A DNA stretch of 63,447 nucleotides, counting the filler, from Octopus bimaculoides (Eukaryota), in the NCBI RefSeq assembly GCF_001194135.2. It is 5 parts of 5 records of this genome, joined end to end, with 100 filler letters (N's around TTAATTAATTAA, not from the genome) between each part and the next. Parts side by side here need not be neighbours in the genome. Positions count along the whole stretch, not along the records: positions 39,224 to 59,443 come from NC_069008.1; positions 59,544 to 62,080 come from NC_069004.1; positions 62,181 to 63,447 come from NW_026308679.1; 2 more parts are not named here. The stretch is one strand, 5' to 3'. Under the pieces are notes generated by a model. That model worked only from the letters and a program-made list of their open reading frames with translations. It was not told the origin of the DNA and did no database searches. Shown piece by piece: positions 59,164 through 63,447 of this stretch. The translations under genes and the position numbers were made by a program. Within the stretch, counting starts at the first letter, position 1, and each line of letters opens with the position of its first letter.

Positions 59164-59315
59164 TGTTTATATATAAAAGCTGTTTTCTTGTATACGAGCA
59201 AAGTCATTGCTAGAAAGAATAACTGAAATGAGTCCTTGAAGATGCAACAAGAGGTCCTTCTATGTCTCTGAAGCCCGGCCAAAGATCGCACATTCTATTG
59301 CATAATGCACAGCCG

Positions 59316-59443
59316 TTCTTTTCTGTTTGACGTACCCACTACACCAGTGTATCCTGAGGTACCCCAGTGTATCTTTTCTGTTTGACGTACTACCCCAGAT
59401 GTCCTTTCCGTTTGACGTACCCACTACCCCAGTGTATTTGCGG
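59316..59443. repeat. Short tandem repeat of TTT(T)C(T/C)GTTTGACGTAC..ACCCCAG units
   Basis: Three units before the scaffold join. Confidence 0.75.
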
Positions 59444-59543
59444 NNNNNNNNNNNNNNNNNNNNNNNNNNNNNNNNNNNNNNNNNNNNTTAATTAATTAAN
59501 NNNNNNNNNNNNNNNNNNNNNNNNNNNNNNNNNNNNNNNNNNN
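59444..59543. other. Artificial scaffold-join spacer
   Basis: 44N-TTAATTAATTAA-44N. Confidence 0.95.
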
Positions 59544-59620
<77 letters not shown>

Positions 59621-60074
59621 GTACATAGTGTGTGTGTTTGTCTGTGTGTGTATGTATGTATGTATCTATCTATATGCCGGTGTATAAAAATCATACGCAG
59701 TTTTTGTAGACATGACCTAATGGCAAGTTTACAATATAATAGATTTTTGGCAATAATTTTCATATTATTGCCAGTTTAATGCTTCATAGTGAGTAAACAT
59801 CTAAGCTAAAGAGAAATTTATATAATTTTGGATATTATATACAATGAGTGCATGTATACAAATATGCGTATACGACTTCTAGTGTAGATGCTACTTATTA
59901 AAATATACTTTAAATATTTACATATATATATATACATAGACTTGATTAAATATAAGTACATGCATAAGTATCTATATTTATATATTTATGCATACATAAG
60001 CGACCTCCTTTTAACACGTACCTAAGGTTTCTCAGTAGAAATTTTGGCACTTCGTTCAAAATTTGGATCATGTG

Positions 60075-60140
60075 CTTGAAAAATAAAACTTGTAAACCCG
60101 GACTTTCGTAAAGCGAGTCCTCGTAAAGTGAGGTGTTACT

Positions 60141-60142
<2 letters not shown>
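60075..60142. mobile_element. Possible Tigger/pogo-like terminal repeat fragment
   Basis: TTCGTAAAGCGAG / CTCGTAAAGTGAGGTGTTACTA end motif; no partner end seen. Confidence 0.35.
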
Positions 60143-60192
<50 letters not shown>

Positions 60193-60709
60193 NNNNNNNN
60201 NNNNNNNNNNNNNNNNNNNNNNNNNNNNNNNNNNNNNNNNNNNNNNNNNNNNNNNNNNNNNNNNNNNNNNNNNNNNNNNNNNNNNNNNNNNNNNNNNNNN
60301 NNNNNNNNNNNNNNNNNNNNNNNNNNNNNNNNNNNNNNNNNNNNNNNNNNNNNNNNNNNNNNNNNNNNNNNNNNNNNNNNNNNNNNNNNNNNNNNNNNNN
60401 NNNNNNNNNNNNNNNNNNNNNNNNNNNNNNNNNNNNNNNNNNNNNNNNNNNNNNNNNNNNNNNNNNNNNNNNNNNNNNNNNNNNNNNNNNNNNNNNNNNN
60501 NNNNNNNNNNNNNNNNNNNNNNNNNNNNNNNNNNNNNNNNNNNNNNNNNNNNNNNNNNNNNNNNNNNNNNNNNNNNNNNNNNNNNNNNNNNNNNNNNNNN
60601 NNNNNNNNNNNNNNNNNNNNNNNNNNNNNNNNNNNNNNNNNNNNNNNNNNNNNNNNNNNNNNNNNNNNNNNNNNNNNNNNNNNNNNNNNNNNNNNNNNNN
60701 NNNNNNNNN

Positions 60710-60741
<32 letters not shown>

Positions 60742-60774
60742 CATACACACACATATGTACATATATACATGTAT

Positions 60775-60791
60775 AGATAGATAGATAGATT

Positions 60792-60837
<46 letters not shown>

Positions 60838-60840
60838 CAT

Positions 60841-60899
<59 letters not shown>

Positions 60900-60900
60900 T
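60775..60900. repeat. (AGAT)n microsatellite
   Basis: Seen directly; another tract at 59544-59620. Confidence 0.95.
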
Positions 60901-61696
60901 TGTTATTGGCCTTTCAGACAGAAATTTACATCAACAAAATTCCATATTGAAACATATTATCTAAATCTGAGATTCAATACTGCTTTATTTATAAAATACT
61001 AGAAATATATATAAGCTTTATATGGAGACGCTTTTGTATACCCACATATAGCGATCAGCTACTTACTGATTTAATCCTATGTTTTGAGTTTTTCTTCTCT
61101 TCTGACGAAAAAAGAATATTTTGAAATATGTTATTTAATTAAATTTTTGTTATATATTCGTATATTGTAAAATGTCTATGGAAAAATATAAGTAATTTAA
61201 GCAAAGAGTTTATGAGCCTGTTTTTGATGAAAAACTGTCTAGACTTACATACTTCTTCTCCAGTGAATATATATTTAAATATGATATACGTATATGTGTA
61301 TACAAGTATTAAGTAATAGAGGAGATGTGTTTACGTAACAATATATCCGAGATTTAACCCACAATCATATTTAGTCATTTATGAATCTATTTTGATATAA
61401 AAGTAGCAGCTGGAAATAAATTTTATTTAATTCTATACATGTACGTAATGTGTGTATGCACATATATATATATACGCGTGTGTGTGTTCAAACTGTGCAA
61501 TAGAAATAGCTCTATATTATAATCTATACATACGTATANNNNNNNNNNATTTTTGCTCCCGTTACCGCTTCGTAGTCTCTCAGTGTCTCGCCGACAAGAG
61601 ATAAATAGAAAGATAGACAGACATATATATATATGTAAATATGTATATATACATATATATACATATATAATGTATGTATGTACATAAATGTGTGTC

Positions 61697-61732
<36 letters not shown>

Positions 61733-61741
61733 GGTGTGTGT

Positions 61742-61779
<38 letters not shown>

Positions 61780-62042
61780 TACTGACCAACGAGAATCATC
61801 TAAAGTAAAGATATATAATGCATCGGTGCATACACATGAATGCATACATACATACATGCATGCATGCATGCATACATACATACGTACAAACATATATATA
61901 TATATATACATATATATGTACGTATGTACGTACTCATGTATATATGTATGTGTGTATATACAATATACATAATATAAATGGGCCTGTATATATGCATATC
62001 TATACATGTGTATATGCAAAAATATATAAATGTATGAATATG

Positions 62043-62080
<38 letters not shown>

Positions 62081-62180
62081 NNNNNNNNNNNNNNNNNNNN
62101 NNNNNNNNNNNNNNNNNNNNNNNNTTAATTAATTAANNNNNNNNNNNNNNNNNNNNNNNNNNNNNNNNNNNNNNNNNNNN
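62081..62180. other. Artificial scaffold-join spacer
   Basis: 44N-TTAATTAATTAA-44N. Confidence 0.95.
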
Positions 62181-62207
62181 AGAAAAAGGTAACTAAAATT
62201 CATTAAA

Positions 62208-63142
62208 ATGACAGATCTATCGGACTTTCAGCGAGGTCAAACTGTTGGTGCTTGTATGACAGGCGCTAGCGTAACGAAAACAGCCGAAATGTTTGGTGTA
62301 TCAAGAAGTACTGTCTCGAAAGTAATGACACGCTTTTAGAAAGGGAAAAACCTCTTCGCCGAAACGAAACTCTGGAAGAAAACTAAAGCTTTCAGATAGG
62401 GACCGTCGGACTCTTACTGCAGAGCTTAATGACCACCTTGAAAACCCAGTTTCCACAAAAACTGTTTGCCGGGAACTGCACAAAGACAGATTTCATGGGA
62501 GGGCTGCAATCAGGAAACCACTACTTTCAAAAACAAACGTTGGAAAGCGTTTAGAGTGGAGTAAAAACCTACAGAATTGCTCCCTAGAGCAGTGGGAGAA
62601 TGTTATTTTCTCGGATAAGTCATCCTTTACCTTATTTCCGACTACTGGCCGACTATACGTGTAGAGACAGCCAAAAGAAGCATTTGACCCAGACTGCCTT
62701 CATCCAACTGTTAAACATGGAGAAGGATCTGTGACGATCTGGGAGGCTATATCTTGGAAATCCGCCGGTCCAATGGTTTCCCTTCATGGCAGAATTAATA
62801 GTCAAGACAATTTAAGCATTTTATCTGATCAAATTCATCCTATGGTTGCGGAACTGTTTCCGGAGGGAAACGCAATCTTTAGGATGATAATGCACCAATT
62901 CACACAGCTAAAGTTGTTACTGAATGGCACGAGGAACATTCTTAGAGAAGTTGGACATCTTAACCGGTCACCACAGTGCCCAGATTTCAATATTATTGAA
63001 CATTTATGGTGTATTTTAGAAAAACAAGCAAGGAGTCGATATCCTCCACCTTCATCAGTCACTACAAGAACTGGAGGCTGTTTTAGCTGAAGAATGGACA
63101 CAAATTCCTTTCGAAGCGACTTAAACTTTGAGCGAGTCCATA
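62208..63142 (+). pseudogene. Near-complete Tc1-like transposase pseudogene with DD36E spacing
   Basis: MTDLSDFQRGQTVGA (HTH), VIFSDKSSF, TVKHGEGSVTIW, DDNAPIHTAK and PDFNIIEHLW; 109 nt between second D and E (36 codons + 1); several frameshifts and stops; cut by a SINE at the 3' end. Confidence 0.92.
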
Positions 63143-63147
63143 AAAAA

Positions 63148-63447
63148 TCTTTTACTTGTTTCAGTCATTTGACAGCGGCCATACTGGAGCACCGCCTTTA
63201 TAGTCGAGCAAATCGGCCCCAGAGCTTATTCTTTGTAAGCCTAGTACTTATTCTATCGGTCTCTTTTGCTGAACCGCTAAGTTACTGGGACGCAAACACA
63301 CCAGCATCAGTTGTCAAGCGATGCTGGGGGAGAAACCGACACACAAACATACACACATACATATATATATAAATATATATATACGACGGGTTTCTTCCAG
63401 TTTCCGTCTACCAAATTCACTCACAACGCTTTGGTCGGCCCGAGGCT
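63148..63447 (-). mobile_element. Composite SINE (B + partial A), runs off the window
   Basis: Near-consensus match. Confidence 0.9.

Overview
Repeat-rich, AT-rich eukaryotic (metazoan) DNA, most likely octopus or another cephalopod. That assignment is inferred from the SINE families, microsatellite load and TTAGGG motifs, not proven. The window is stitched from five scaffold blocks by artificial 44N-TTAATTAATTAA-44N spacers and has many other N gaps. No complete protein-coding gene is recognisable. Almost all listed ORFs are microsatellite or gap artefacts, and only a few low-confidence candidate exons remain. The sequence is mostly nested mobile DNA: several modular tRNA-derived SINE families; an RTE-like (GAT)n-tailed repeat; decayed transposase fragments (mariner x3, a maT/DD37D-like element with a nested hAT-type MITE, a DD36E-spaced Tc1-like element, a Merlin/ISXO2-like element with about 200-bp inverted repeats); a Gypsy integrase relic; and a three-finger C2H2 relic. 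The most striking observation is a group of unrelated repeats between 27 and 40.6 kb, three of them foldbacks, that carry type I hammerhead-ribozyme-like motifs of the Penelope/retrozyme kind. One copy has a compensatory G3-C8 core swap (GUGAACA instead of CUGANGA) with all three helices formable. Another has a canonical core and an approximately 80-nt helix II.
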